Assembly (NCBI GenBank): GCA_963743635.1
Contig: CAVUQO010000002.1
Span: 448,001-512,000, forward strand
Origin: Candidatus Babeliales bacterium
GTDB lineage: Bacteria > Babelota > Babeliae > Babelales > Vermiphilaceae
Direction of reading: 5' to 3'
DNA length: 64,000 bases
The notes beneath the pieces are model-generated. The model was not told the origin of the DNA. It saw only the letters and a list, made by a program, of their open reading frames with translations, and searched no databases. The translations under genes and the position numbers were made by a program. Positions 1 to 8,942 of the stretch are shown here, one piece after another. Positions within the stretch are counted from its first letter, which is position 1. Each line of letters starts with the position of its first letter.

Positions 1-957
1 ATGGCAGAGCAAGCGCTTGCCGTTACAAAACCAAGACTCACGGTTATTGCGATTCCTGGTTTAGATGGTGGCGGCAGTAGTGATGAATATCTACAATCAT
101 CGCTTCCCGATTATGACTTGAATATTAAACGTATCGAGACGCCGATCGAAGAATCTGATTTGGGCCAATCGCGTTGTATCAATTTTGTGCACGAGCAATT
201 AAGAAAATTCTTAGAAAATACAGACACGCAGGATGGCGTTGTGCTCCATGCGACGTCACAAGGTGCAGCTACCGTACTCAATGGGATGCCAGAATGGATG
301 CATGAAGACTGGTTTTCGCGCGTGAAATTTATTTTTTTTGAAGGGCCATTTGCCACCGGTAACCGCGGCATTGTGCATACGCTTCGCGGGCCGAAAGCGG
401 GCACGTTTGGACCGTTAATTCATTTGCCTTATTCAGAAACGTGGGCGCCGTATGTTGCGATTCCGGTACGCTTTTGGGATTACTGTCCATCGCGGCAGCA
501 GGTGATTAAATCAGTATCACGCCTTCCGAAAGTGCCGATGGCTTTTATCCACGGTGGCGGAGATGTGCGCGTGCCACCCGAAGATTCCCGCGCAATCTAT
601 CATGGTGTGAGGTTATATGGCAATAATGATGCGTATTCGATACAAGAAGAAAATGCACCGCATACGCATGTGCTTGAAAATGCACCGCATGGTCCTGCTC
701 TCATACAGACACTCGTGCAAAAATATACCAAGGTGAAACCGATATCGAATGCACCAACCGTTGATTTAACGCCGTACCAACCCGACCACACAGGTTTTGC
801 GCGCAGTTATCACGATATTCTTGAAGAGGCATATATGCATGAACGCATTGCGCCATCGATGTACGCGGCGGCCGCCGTAGTCGCCGTTTATGCAACGTAT
901 CAGGGGACGAGTTATTTAATGAGACTCGCGAAAAAACTGGCCAACCCTTCGTCATAG
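1..957 (+). CDS. Alpha/beta-hydrolase fold protein with C-terminal hydrophobic anchor (5' end possibly outside window)
   Basis: Nucleophile-elbow motif HATSQGA, IHGGGDVRVP (acid), downstream His (PHTH); C-terminal AAAAVVAVYATY plus basic tail; paralogous to 1062-2159 and 3713-4948. Confidence 0.75.
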   Translation: MAEQALAVTKPRLTVIAIPGLDGGGSSDEYLQSSLPDYDLNIKRIETPIEESDLGQSRCINFVHEQLRKFLENTDTQDGVVLHATSQGAATVLNGMPEWMHEDWFSRVKFIFFEGPFATGNRGIVHTLRGPKAGTFGPLIHLPYSETWAPYVAIPVRFWDYCPSRQQVIKSVSRLPKVPMAFIHGGGDVRVPPEDSRAIYHGVRLYGNNDAYSIQEENAPHTHVLENAPHGPALIQTLVQKYTKVKPISNAPTVDLTPYQPDHTGFARSYHDILEEAYMHERIAPSMYAAAAVVAVYATYQGTSYLMRLAKKLANPSS

Positions 958-1061
958 CGAACTGAAATTAATCAAAACCCGAAAATCATTTCCTTCCCGC
1001 GAATCGCTCTGCTAATCTGCGTGATGATAATTATGAACTATATTCATAAAGAAGGGTCGCC

Positions 1062-2159
1062 ATGAATATCAGAATGCTGCTTTCGATAACGATTATTACA
1101 TCACCATATTTTGCGCATACAATGGCGCACCCAAATGTTGTTTCCATTGCTCATCAGCCTCTTACGGTATATGAGGTGGGCGGTATAGCGCGTGACGATT
1201 ATGTGAGATTGATGGTGGATGATGGTTGGAGTATTGATGATGAAGGTGATGGTTCTGAGCGAGTTAATATTGAGAGAGTGGGCACAAAAGCGGCTGATTT
1301 GGGGCAGCTCAATGGTACTTTATTGGATATTGCAATAGAGATGGATCCCAGAGATCCGCAATCCGATATAGTGTTATATGGGACTGGTGCTGGTGCTGCA
1401 ACAGCGATTAATTATGTAGCTATGGCTGAATCGATTGGGGCCGCTTCCGAACGCATTAAAGCCTTGATCTTGGAGTCTTCGTTTGCAAGCGGTAACAGTG
1501 CCATCGATTGTATAGTGAAAAATATACCGAATCGTTGGATGCCGCACACCTATTATACAACTCCCTATTTGACTGCGCAGGGCGCGGAATCTTGCTATGA
1601 TCCAGCCGCAGAACAACCAATCAAGTCGATAGCAAAAATCCCCAATGACATGCTGGTGATTCTCGCCCATTCAAAAGAGAATCCATGGCATGCATATGAG
1701 GATAGTTGCGCACTCTATTATGGCCTGCGCGCACAAGGGAACCCAAACGCCTATCTCATAACCAAAGAGGGTGAGGCGCGTGAGGAAATTTTGCATGGCA
1801 CAATCGAGGCGCCATTCATCAAAAATATGCTCAAAAAACATAAAATTATTCCGGGAAAGTATGATGCAACGATGGACGTCAGTCCGTACCAGCCCGACCA
1901 TAAGCAATTTGAAAAACTCTATAAAACATTACTCGCGAAAGAGAAAATGCATGAAACGTTGGGACATGGTGTGACAGTAGTGAAAGAGGGTGCGGCAGTA
2001 GTGAGGCAGGGGGCAGCTGACATTGCGGCAATAATGAATCGTCCGGAAATCAGGGATAACCTGATAATGCCCGTCGCGCTCATGGCAGCAGGCTCGGCGA
2101 TTGTATATGCGGGGCAGGTGGTAAGGGACATGGTTGGCGAGCGGGGGCATAATTATTAA
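1062..2159 (+). CDS. Alpha/beta-hydrolase paralog with signal peptide, catalytic triad apparently degenerate
   Basis: Aligns with ORF 1-957 (ESSFASGN/EGPFATGN, EQPIKSIAKIP/QQVIKSVSRLP, PYQPDH); GTGAG in place of GxSxG; RBS GAAGGG. Confidence 0.75.
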   Translation: MNIRMLLSITIITSPYFAHTMAHPNVVSIAHQPLTVYEVGGIARDDYVRLMVDDGWSIDDEGDGSERVNIERVGTKAADLGQLNGTLLDIAIEMDPRDPQSDIVLYGTGAGAATAINYVAMAESIGAASERIKALILESSFASGNSAIDCIVKNIPNRWMPHTYYTTPYLTAQGAESCYDPAAEQPIKSIAKIPNDMLVILAHSKENPWHAYEDSCALYYGLRAQGNPNAYLITKEGEAREEILHGTIEAPFIKNMLKKHKIIPGKYDATMDVSPYQPDHKQFEKLYKTLLAKEKMHETLGHGVTVVKEGAAVVRQGAADIAAIMNRPEIRDNLIMPVALMAAGSAIVYAGQVVRDMVGERGHNY

Positions 2160-2168
2160 TGCTTAATA

Positions 2169-2915
2169 TTATTGTTTTTCAAGAATTATTTTTCTTATCT
2201 CGATGATTTCTCGAAACTCTTCAGGATCATTTTTTTGTCCACATTCATCATCTAGCAGTTGTAGGGCATGAATTAAAGGGAAATTCTGCTGCGGGATGCC
2301 TCCATCAGATTTCTTACGCAATTCTTTCATGAAGTTTTCTAAGATAATGACCTTTTCTGGTGCTATTCCCTCAAGCACATCTCTAAGGTTACTCATAGTA
2401 TCAAGAACGCTATTAATTATTGATGTGGCTAAAGTACGGTGTCGGTCTTTGAGAGATGTGGTTAGTGATCTAAGAGATGCGACTGCCTTAGAAAGTGCAG
2501 CCAGGTTAGCCTCTTTTTTCTGGTTAACAAAAAATCTTGTTAATAATCGCTTAGATTCATCTGGTACCTTATCACTTGTCAAAACAAGACCGAGATTTTT
2601 AAAATCGGCTCTTTCAATGCGATTAATCATTTCAACTAAAGCTTTTAATATACCTTCGAGAGAACTTTTGTAGATACAAAAGAATATCAATAACGCCACA
2701 GGCCAATTAGTTTTTTCAAGAACATCTAGAATAAATTGTGCTATATGTAAAATAATTTTCCCACATAGAGATCTATTGGTCCAATACAAGAATGACATTA
2801 TCACAATGCTACATAGCAGAAATAGGCATTTAGTGTTTGTAATACACTCTATGTTTTTCTGCAAAGAGTTTTTTTGATCTAACATATTTTTATTGTGACA
2901 GCTTAGATTGCACAT
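2169..2915 (-). CDS. Hypothetical membrane protein, AT-rich
   Basis: 248-aa ORF with two hydrophobic segments (LFLLCSIVIMSFLYW, WPVALLIFFCIY). Confidence 0.6.
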   Translation of the reverse strand: MCNLSCHNKNMLDQKNSLQKNIECITNTKCLFLLCSIVIMSFLYWTNRSLCGKIILHIAQFILDVLEKTNWPVALLIFFCIYKSSLEGILKALVEMINRIERADFKNLGLVLTSDKVPDESKRLLTRFFVNQKKEANLAALSKAVASLRSLTTSLKDRHRTLATSIINSVLDTMSNLRDVLEGIAPEKVIILENFMKELRKKSDGGIPQQNFPLIHALQLLDDECGQKNDPEEFREIIEIRKIILEKQ

Positions 2916-2927
2916 ATTTTATCCTGA

Positions 2928-3266
2928 TTAGTTATCAAAAAGATCACCCATGACTGCGCCATTGGCGTAGAATAGTTTGCCTTTTTTTAAATCATCAAGA
3001 AGACGTAGTGCAGTAGGAGTACCTATTCGCTTTAGGTAAATCGAGTACTGATGAAGCGATTCTTTTTTTGTTGGCGGGTAACAGTTAGGTACGTGCATAT
3101 TGCAGTCGATGCCGATACAGGCCCACACAAGTAGATTGTATTCTACGGGATTTACCTTTGATGATTTAGGCAGTGAATATACGAGCCGAGTAACTGGATC
3201 ATATGTCATTCTTGCTACAGATAATGTTGCAGAACAGGTTAGTAAAAGTATTAATAATTTTTTCAT
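2928..3266 (-). CDS. Small secreted protein, paralog of 12380-12673
   Basis: Signal peptide MKKLLILLLTCSATLSVA; shared YDP..L..YSLP.S..VN..EYN.LV and YLK...TPT.LRLL.DL. Confidence 0.75.
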   Translation of the reverse strand: MKKLLILLLTCSATLSVARMTYDPVTRLVYSLPKSSKVNPVEYNLLVWACIGIDCNMHVPNCYPPTKKESLHQYSIYLKRIGTPTALRLLDDLKKGKLFYANGAVMGDLFDN

Positions 3267-3296
3267 ATGCCCCCTAAGACAAGTTATTGATTGTAA

Positions 3297-3686
3297 TTAC
3301 CGATATCTTATTTCTTGAATGTTATGTGCAGCAGCTTCCCAGTCGCCAGCTTTGCCCCATTTCACCAGTTTATTTTCGTGGAAATAAAGCCAGTACACTT
3401 CGCCCACATAGTAAGGGTCCAAGGCACTAGAGAATTGTGTTCTTTCAACAATATATTCCCATACTTCAACCACTTGACCAGAGTCACTGGTCATGGATCC
3501 GCGTAATATATCGGGAGAGCCTATGCGATCTAGGACCTGTCCTTTATCCATACCGACGGATATGGTCATAAGACCTTTTGGTTTGAGTCGTCGGGTCATG
3601 AATGTTCTCATTGGATGTCCGCATCCGCTCAATAAAAAGAGAGCGGGTATGGCCAGCGCCAGGATTATTGTATTTTTTCTTTTCAT
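3297..3686 (-). CDS. SmpA/BamE-like small lipoprotein
   Basis: Lipobox LSGC; GMDKGQV...GSP...EVWEY...WLYF...KLVKWG pattern; start taken at MKRKNT. Confidence 0.7.
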   Translation of the reverse strand: MKRKNTIILALAIPALFLLSGCGHPMRTFMTRRLKPKGLMTISVGMDKGQVLDRIGSPDILRGSMTSDSGQVVEVWEYIVERTQFSSALDPYYVGEVYWLYFHENKLVKWGKAGDWEAAAHNIQEIRYR

Positions 3687-3712
3687 AAAATTCCCTGATA
3701 ATGAATTATTTT

Positions 3713-4948
3713 TTAAAAACAAATGAGGCATTCCTTGTCTGTCATTGCCTTAATTTTCTTATTCCTATTGCGTGTTTCTTTATCCTTTGCCGTTGCCAAG
3801 AGTGGCACTGCTTGCTGTGTGCAATCGGGGAGTTGGTATGCAGTGCGTAGATCAGCGGGCGTTGGTTGTGTGCGTGCGAATGAATCCGCGCCGGCAGCTG
3901 CTTTTGCGGCATTGTGCGGCAGATTATACTGCTTATAAAATGCGTGGACGGTTGATTCATAGAGCTCTTTATCGGCAGCGTTATCAAGCATGTAACACGG
4001 ATGCGATGAATGCTGCAGTACGAGCAGATGCACATTGCGGTGACCGCGTTCTTTGAGTCTGTTATACAGATAGAAGGTGCATTGTGGTGGCACGATCCAA
4101 TCTTGCAGTGACGTCACAAAGAGAAGCGGAATATCATCGGTAATCAGTTCTGCATAATCGCGCGGTGAAAGGCTGTTCTTTTTATAGCTGCGCATGACAA
4201 ACGAAAGCATGCCAGAGAGACGTTTTTCGGTTGATCGTTCTTTATTGCTGCAAATGCAATGTTTAATGAGATGCGGAATATCATCAAATGCGCCTTCAAG
4301 GACGGCTGCTTTTACGGATCCCGGTTTTTCGGTTGCAATAAAGTTGAAGATCGTTGATGCGCCGCGAGAATCGCCGTAAAGTACGATGTCCGTATCAGGA
4401 TAACGTTCGCAGTGTTGCAGGTACGTTGCGTGCAAGGCGTTAATATCATGTTTTTGCGCGATGTTTGCTTTGCTGAAATTGAAACTATAGTTGGCGATGG
4501 TGTGCGGTGAATCGGGATTATCGATCACTTCGATGCCATATTTTTCACCAAACAATTTTTTGGCGAGGGGGAATATATCTTGGCGCACGCGATTGCTGAA
4601 GGCTTTGATCGGGTTCATCGTAAAGCCGCGCGGTTTGTTCAAATCGATTTCGGGGAATGTAACGGCAGTGTGCGGTTGACCAATGACGTGACCGCCCATT
4701 TTCCAACTCACTTTTTCGCCCGTAGCGGACGACGTAAACTGCGGGCAATAACGCCCCATAATGATTTCGCTGCCAAGTAAACCGGGCGCGTACAAGTAAG
4801 AGACGCTGCGCTTTTGCGGCGCAACGTCAAAAAATGCGGAATTCTTAATCATGGTGATGGGTGTTTGTGGTGGTGTTTTCATGGTTTTCCGTGCACACCC
4901 GCTTGCCATAAGCAGAACGATCAGAACTACTGGTTTTGCGTAACGCAC
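3713..4948 (-). CDS. Alpha/beta-hydrolase lipoprotein
   Basis: Lipobox ASGC; GDSRG nucleophile, QDWIVP acid, SSHP His. Confidence 0.8.
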   Translation of the reverse strand: MRYAKPVVLIVLLMASGCARKTMKTPPQTPITMIKNSAFFDVAPQKRSVSYLYAPGLLGSEIIMGRYCPQFTSSATGEKVSWKMGGHVIGQPHTAVTFPEIDLNKPRGFTMNPIKAFSNRVRQDIFPLAKKLFGEKYGIEVIDNPDSPHTIANYSFNFSKANIAQKHDINALHATYLQHCERYPDTDIVLYGDSRGASTIFNFIATEKPGSVKAAVLEGAFDDIPHLIKHCICSNKERSTEKRLSGMLSFVMRSYKKNSLSPRDYAELITDDIPLLFVTSLQDWIVPPQCTFYLYNRLKERGHRNVHLLVLQHSSHPCYMLDNAADKELYESTVHAFYKQYNLPHNAAKAAAGADSFARTQPTPADLRTAYQLPDCTQQAVPLLATAKDKETRNRNKKIKAMTDKECLICF

Positions 4949-5165
4949 GATAACTTCCTGGGTTGAGGGTATTAATCTGTTCTTTGAGTCTTTATGACAA
5001 AAGAGTATTTATAGGTGTTTTTATAATATTATCTCTCTGTATTTTAGCGTAGCAGGTTATATTTTTTCCACAAACGCCCCTATTGATAGGCTGTTTTTAG
5101 GTGTGCGGTGCCCGTTAGGCCTGTGGATGAGGGGCCATGTAAGGGGCATATGTTGTGTTTCCGTT

Positions 5166-5298
5166 ACCCATTCGAGACGTTCTTCGTCGCGTTTCACTTG
5201 TCTCAGAACCCTCAGGGCGAACGGAAAATGATATTCTTTCCCCGTTCGCCCTGAGGGTTTTTCATGAGTGAAGCGAATGAAAAATGTCTCGAATGGGT
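5166..5298. repeat. Nested palindromic REP-like element
   Basis: Outer IR ACCCATTCGAGAC (5166-5178)/GTCTCGAATGGGT (5286-5298); inner perfect 18-bp IR AACCCTCAGGGCGAACGG (5207-5224)/CCGTTCGCCCTGAGGGTT (5242-5259). Confidence 0.85.
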
Positions 5299-5399
5299 GC
5301 GGGGAATGCAACAACTTGGATTTCAGAATTCGGTCTATTTAAATTTTTATGATTTTATGGTCTACTGTAATGAAAACTATGTCATTAAGTGAGTGAATT

Positions 5400-5561
5400 A
5401 TGTCCAAAAAAATGAATACCAATAAGCCTACCGTTCAAGAATGCCCTTTCGACCATACGCCGAATGAGGTAACCAAGAAAGCACTTGAAGGCGTAAAAGC
5501 CAGAAAAGGCTTAAAAAAGGCAGCAACCGTAGAAGCGCTGTTTGAAGCCTTAAGAGAATAA
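5400..5561 (+). CDS. 53-aa protein resembling the C-terminal half of RelB/DinJ-type antitoxins (not in ORF track)
   Basis: Hand translation MSKKMNTNKPTVQECPFDHTPNEVTKKALEGVKARKGLKKAATVEALFEALRE; PN..T..A.......G.....VE.LF..L pattern. Confidence 0.55.
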   Translation: MSKKMNTNKPTVQECPFDHTPNEVTKKALEGVKARKGLKKAATVEALFEALRE

Positions 5562-5598
5562 GACATTACGTTAAAAGTTCATAAAAAAAGGAAAGAGT

Positions 5599-5934
5599 AT
5601 GTCACTCGTTAATATCATTCAAGACGATTTTTTAGCATTCTTCGATAAGGCAGAAGTGATCGATGTGCAGGCAGGCGTGGTGGAATATAGCCTCACATCG
5701 CCCGACGGGCTGATAAGCACCGTATATATCGATCCCCGCACGGACTTAGTAAGCCTGAGCGTGGCCTCACAAGCCGGACCTGGCATGAACGCCGTGCTTT
5801 ATAACATTACGAGTATTAAATGCATTCGCGGCGAGCAGGTTAAATTCTATTTCTACCAAGGATCTCGGCCAGAACCAATAGCGGAAATGATGGTCCAGCC
5901 AACGATATTTACGACGGTTGATGTGCAGTCATAA
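5599..5934 (+). CDS. Hypothetical protein
   Basis: 111-aa ORF with RBS AAGGAAAGAG. Confidence 0.7.
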   Translation: MSLVNIIQDDFLAFFDKAEVIDVQAGVVEYSLTSPDGLISTVYIDPRTDLVSLSVASQAGPGMNAVLYNITSIKCIRGEQVKFYFYQGSRPEPIAEMMVQPTIFTTVDVQS

Positions 5935-5964
5935 TGCGCTGCAAATCATAGAAAAGCAAAACGC
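5917..5964 (+). repeat. 48-bp direct repeat, copy 1 (3' end of the 5599-5934 gene)
   Basis: GTTGATGTGCAGTCATAATGCGCTGCAAATCATAGAAAAGCAAAACGC matches 7206-7253 at 46/48. Confidence 0.9.
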
Positions 5965-5990
5965 AAACTTGATGTAAGAATGTAATGAAC

Positions 5991-6452
5991 AATGCTTTCT
6001 TATAAACAAAATATACATCTCCGTTCGTGCTGAGTGTTATGAGTCGAAGACGAATAATGTGGCGAAGTATGAGGAGTAAGAGGATGTTCAATATCTAAAA
6101 TGAAGCACTCAACGGATTGAAACCCGTTGTATCGCACAGAAGTAATTGGACCCAGGCTTACGTCTACGCTTTCAGCTACGTCGCACACAGTCGCTAATAC
6201 TTCGACGTATCCGAAGAAGCCCATAGGGCGAAGACGGAAGTATTACCTCAGGAAGGTGTTTTGCTTCGTCGAATTCTATTCGCTTTCATACACACGCTGA
6301 AGCACGTGGAATTCCGCGAAATAGAATAAATTTGTTTATCCCTTATACTTCGCCACATTTCGCTCCCTAAGGAGCGAAACACTCAGTACGAACGGGAATG
6401 GAAAGACTCGTTTTTTGAGATATTTACCTTCAGCTTTTGGTATGTATCCTTA
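5991..6452. repeat. Composite REP-like element, inverted copy of 30241-30502 with an internal insertion
   Basis: 5991-6045 is the exact reverse complement of 30448-30502 (55 nt); about 6330-6450 matches the reverse complement of about 30241-30365. Confidence 0.85.
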
Positions 6453-6475
6453 GGCCTAGTTCGCGTTTAAAAAAG

Positions 6476-6509
6476 CAAAAACGCCTCGAGCATTGTCGAG
6501 GCGTTTTTT
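6476..6509. terminator. Rho-independent terminator, duplicate of 7247-7279
   Basis: AAAACGCCTCGA-GCATTG-TCGAGGCGTTTT hairpin with A and T tails, downstream of hicB. Confidence 0.8.
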
Positions 6510-6531
6510 GGTATAGTATTGTTTATGCAAC

Positions 6532-6852
6532 TTAGTTATGCTTACTCAGTTTCTCATTGATGTAGTCATTGAGACTGATGCCCTTTTTGGTAGCTTCGAA
6601 AACAAGTAAGGCGTGCAGATCTGGTGACATTCTCAAATTCAATTTGCCTGAATATGTCTTCTCAGGTTTTTCGCCGCGTTTTTTACACCATTTGAGATAA
6701 TCATCGACCGAATCTTTGAAAGCTGTTTCGATTTCTTTGACGTTTGTCCCTTGAAAAGTAATGACGTCCTTGAGTCCAATTACTTCGCCATGGAAAATTT
6801 TTGCTTCATCATCGTATGCTACTTGTCCTATATATCCCTTATATTTCATCAT
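6532..6852 (-). CDS. hicB: Type II toxin-antitoxin HicB antitoxin
   Basis: MKYKGYIG...FHGEVIGLKDVITFQG...DYLKWC...YSGKLNLRM...SLN, typical HicB. Confidence 0.93.
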   Translation of the reverse strand: MMKYKGYIGQVAYDDEAKIFHGEVIGLKDVITFQGTNVKEIETAFKDSVDDYLKWCKKRGEKPEKTYSGKLNLRMSPDLHALLVFEATKKGISLNDYINEKLSKHN

Positions 6853-7102
6853 GATTGATCCCTGTATTTATTAAAAATTTACGTACTGATATGAGCGCTC
6901 CCTTATCAGTAACCCTTTTTGGATGAGGTCTATGAAAAACTGCCCTTACCCCATTTAACTCAACGCGTACTCGTGAACCATTGCCCTCTTCAAGCTCTCC
7001 CCCAAAACCTTTGAAGAGTGTTTCAATGTCCGCCCATCGTACATTCGATGGTGCGGGGATCTTAAAAATAAGAGCAAGCGTTTTTCGTTGTTTGGCATTC
7101 AT
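6839..7102 (-). CDS. hicA: Type II toxin-antitoxin HicA toxin
   Basis: WADIETLF...EGNGSRV...FHRPHP motif; overlaps hicB start. Confidence 0.93.
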   Translation of the reverse strand: MNAKQRKTLALIFKIPAPSNVRWADIETLFKGFGGELEEGNGSRVRVELNGVRAVFHRPHPKRVTDKGALISVRKFLINTGINHDEI

Positions 7103-7133
7103 AAAACCCTCTTCATTTCAACTACTGTACTAA

Positions 7134-7154
7134 TAGTACCGAATTGTGGTACTA
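7134..7154. promoter_or_regulatory. Putative HicB operator (inverted repeat)
   Basis: TAGTACC-N7-GGTACTA, 30-50 bp upstream of hicA start. Confidence 0.55.
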
Positions 7155-7205
7155 AAGTAAAGAACTCGCATTGATTATGCGGATTCATTGATTATTTATG
7201 CAATA

Positions 7206-7253
7206 GTTGATGTGCAGTCGTAATGCACTGCAAATCATAGAAAAGCAAAACGC
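7206..7253 (+). repeat. 48-bp direct repeat, copy 2
   Basis: 46/48 identical to 5917-5964; continues into terminator hairpin. Confidence 0.9.
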
Positions 7254-7279
7254 CTCGAGCATTGTCGAGGCGTTTTTTT
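7247..7279. terminator. Bidirectional Rho-independent terminator downstream of sppA
   Basis: AAAACGCCTCGA-GCATTG-TCGAGGCGTTTT. Confidence 0.8.
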
Positions 7280-7295
7280 AGTTTTAATGTGCGAT

Positions 7296-8222
7296 TCACG
7301 CAACCGTATTACTGAAATAGCGATTCTCAATCACGGAACAAATGCTGTTCATGCATGAGGAAAGCAGAGATGTATCATCATCGGATGAGCCGCCGCCAGC
7401 GCTAAAGAATTGTGAGAACGGACTTGGTTTTGGCGCTTTCACCCATTCGATTTCGCCTTCGATAAGCGCCTTATCTTTGATCACTCTGACTGCCGTGTAA
7501 GCCGATCCGATTTCATCGATGAGGCCCAGTTCTTTTGCTTGTTTGCCGGTAAAGATTCTGCCGTTGGCCCATGTATCTTTCGCGTTGAGTGAGAGTTTGC
7601 GGCGGTTGGCGACTGCTTGCGCGAACGTATCATACGAATCATTCAAGACGCCTTGGAGCATTGCTTGCCCTTCTGGGTTTGCATCGGTGAATGGATCGAT
7701 ACAGTTTTTATAGGCGCCGGCATAGATCGGTTTATAACCAATCTTGTATTGGGCCAAAAATTCACCGAGATGCACGAAAGCGATATTCGAGAACGTTGCC
7801 CCGATGCTGCCGACCAACGAGGTTGCAGGGGCGATAATGTAATCGGATCCGCATGCTATATAGTAGCCGCCGGATGCGCAGACATTCTCAACCAGGGTGA
7901 CGACCGGTTTTTTAGGAAGGTCGGTTGCCTCTTTGAGTGCCATGAGTTCGTTAAAGACGGCTTCACCGCTTCCTGCAGCGCCGCCGGGGCTATCCATTTT
8001 GATTAGGATGGCTTTAATGGCCGGATCTTTGAAGTATTTGTCCAGTTGGTGGGTATAGAATTCTGAGTTGCTGATCTCGCCTTGGATCGAAATGACCCCA
8101 ACTTTGGTCCGCGGCTTGATGATTTGACCGTATTGTTTGCGTAAACCGTCCAATAAGGTGGGTAAAATTTGTAAAATAATGAGAAAGAAGAAAATGTTTT
8201 TGAAATAGTCGAAAAGCTTCAT
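7296..8222 (-). CDS. sppA: Signal peptide peptidase SppA (S49, 36K type)
   Basis: DSPGG, ASGGYYIA, VGSIG, GAYK, GRIFTGKQAKELGLIDEIG motifs. Confidence 0.95.
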   Translation of the reverse strand: MKLFDYFKNIFFFLIILQILPTLLDGLRKQYGQIIKPRTKVGVISIQGEISNSEFYTHQLDKYFKDPAIKAILIKMDSPGGAAGSGEAVFNELMALKEATDLPKKPVVTLVENVCASGGYYIACGSDYIIAPATSLVGSIGATFSNIAFVHLGEFLAQYKIGYKPIYAGAYKNCIDPFTDANPEGQAMLQGVLNDSYDTFAQAVANRRKLSLNAKDTWANGRIFTGKQAKELGLIDEIGSAYTAVRVIKDKALIEGEIEWVKAPKPSPFSQFFSAGGGSSDDDTSLLSSCMNSICSVIENRYFSNTVA

Positions 8223-8324
8223 CTGTAGGCCCTTTTGGTTGGTTGTGGGGGTGGTAAATTCGATTGGTTATCTAAAAGAGTATACAAAAATAGTGATGAA
8301 TGTAAGATTTTATGCAGAAGATTT

Positions 8325-8353
8325 TTGACTTTCTCACTGATTTAATTTACAAT
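8325..8353 (+). promoter_or_regulatory. Sigma70-type promoter of the tRNA cluster
   Basis: TTGACT-17 bp-TACAAT, 24 bp upstream of tRNA-Val. Confidence 0.7.
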
Positions 8354-8376
8354 TTTGATCGTTCAGTAAACGTATT

Positions 8377-8452
8377 GGGCGGTTAGCTCAGTTGGTAGAG
8401 CACCAGTCTTACAAACTGGTGGTCGCAGGTTCGAATCCTGCACCGCCCACCA
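8377..8452 (+). tRNA. tRNA-Val(TAC)
   Basis: Cloverleaf: GGGCGGT/ACCGCCC acceptor, anticodon arm CCAGT-CTTACAA-ACTGG, GTTCGAATC T-loop, encoded CCA. Confidence 0.97.
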
Positions 8453-8610
8453 GTCATTTTTCAATCCTCTTTAGCTGAGAGTTTTCTTCGCAGCGGATAA
8501 ACTACGCCTGGCAGGCCTGCCCCTCGCAGGGAAGAGCCCAATACGAATAATATGGAATAAAATCTTAGACATTTAGAAATCAAGTCCGTTAAGGACGAAA
8601 AAAGTTGAGT

Positions 8611-8686
8611 TCCTCGGTAGCTCAGTTGGTAGAGCACACGACTGTTAATCGTTAGGTCGCAGGTTCGAGTCCTGCCCGGGGAGCCA
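8611..8686 (+). tRNA. tRNA-Asn(GTT)
   Basis: TCCTCGG/CCGGGGA acceptor, anticodon loop CTGTTAA, GTTCGAGTC, CCA. Confidence 0.97.
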
Positions 8687-8865
8687 GTCATTTTAGTCCG
8701 CTTCGAATAAAGCTCTGTGCTTACGAGGATTGGCAAAATGACTGGCAGGCCAGTTCCTTCAATGGAATGGTGATTTAAATTAAGAAACATGATACACTCT
8801 ATCCCATGAGTGTTAGAATTGAAAAAAAATAAAATCACGCCGAAGTCCTAAGGACGAAGGGGATG

Positions 8866-8942
8866 GGGGCTGTAGCTCAGTTGGTTAGAGCGTCCGCCTG
8901 TCACGCGGAAGGTCGTGGGTTCGAGTCCCATCAGCCCCGCCA
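8866..8942 (+). tRNA. tRNA-Asp(GTC)
   Basis: GGGGCTG/CAGCCCC acceptor, anticodon loop CTGTCAC, GTTCGAGTC, CCA. Confidence 0.97.

Noticed and set aside
5057..5314. 85-aa ORF
   Set aside because: Lies over the palindromic repeat; translation is repeat-derived, with no RBS or domain
5909..6224. Short minus-strand ORFs (60 and 74 aa)
   Set aside because: Overlap the REP-like composite element; no coding features
5166..6452. Possible CRISPR array
   Set aside because: Repeats are inverted and nested, not regularly spaced direct repeats with unique spacers; no cas genes
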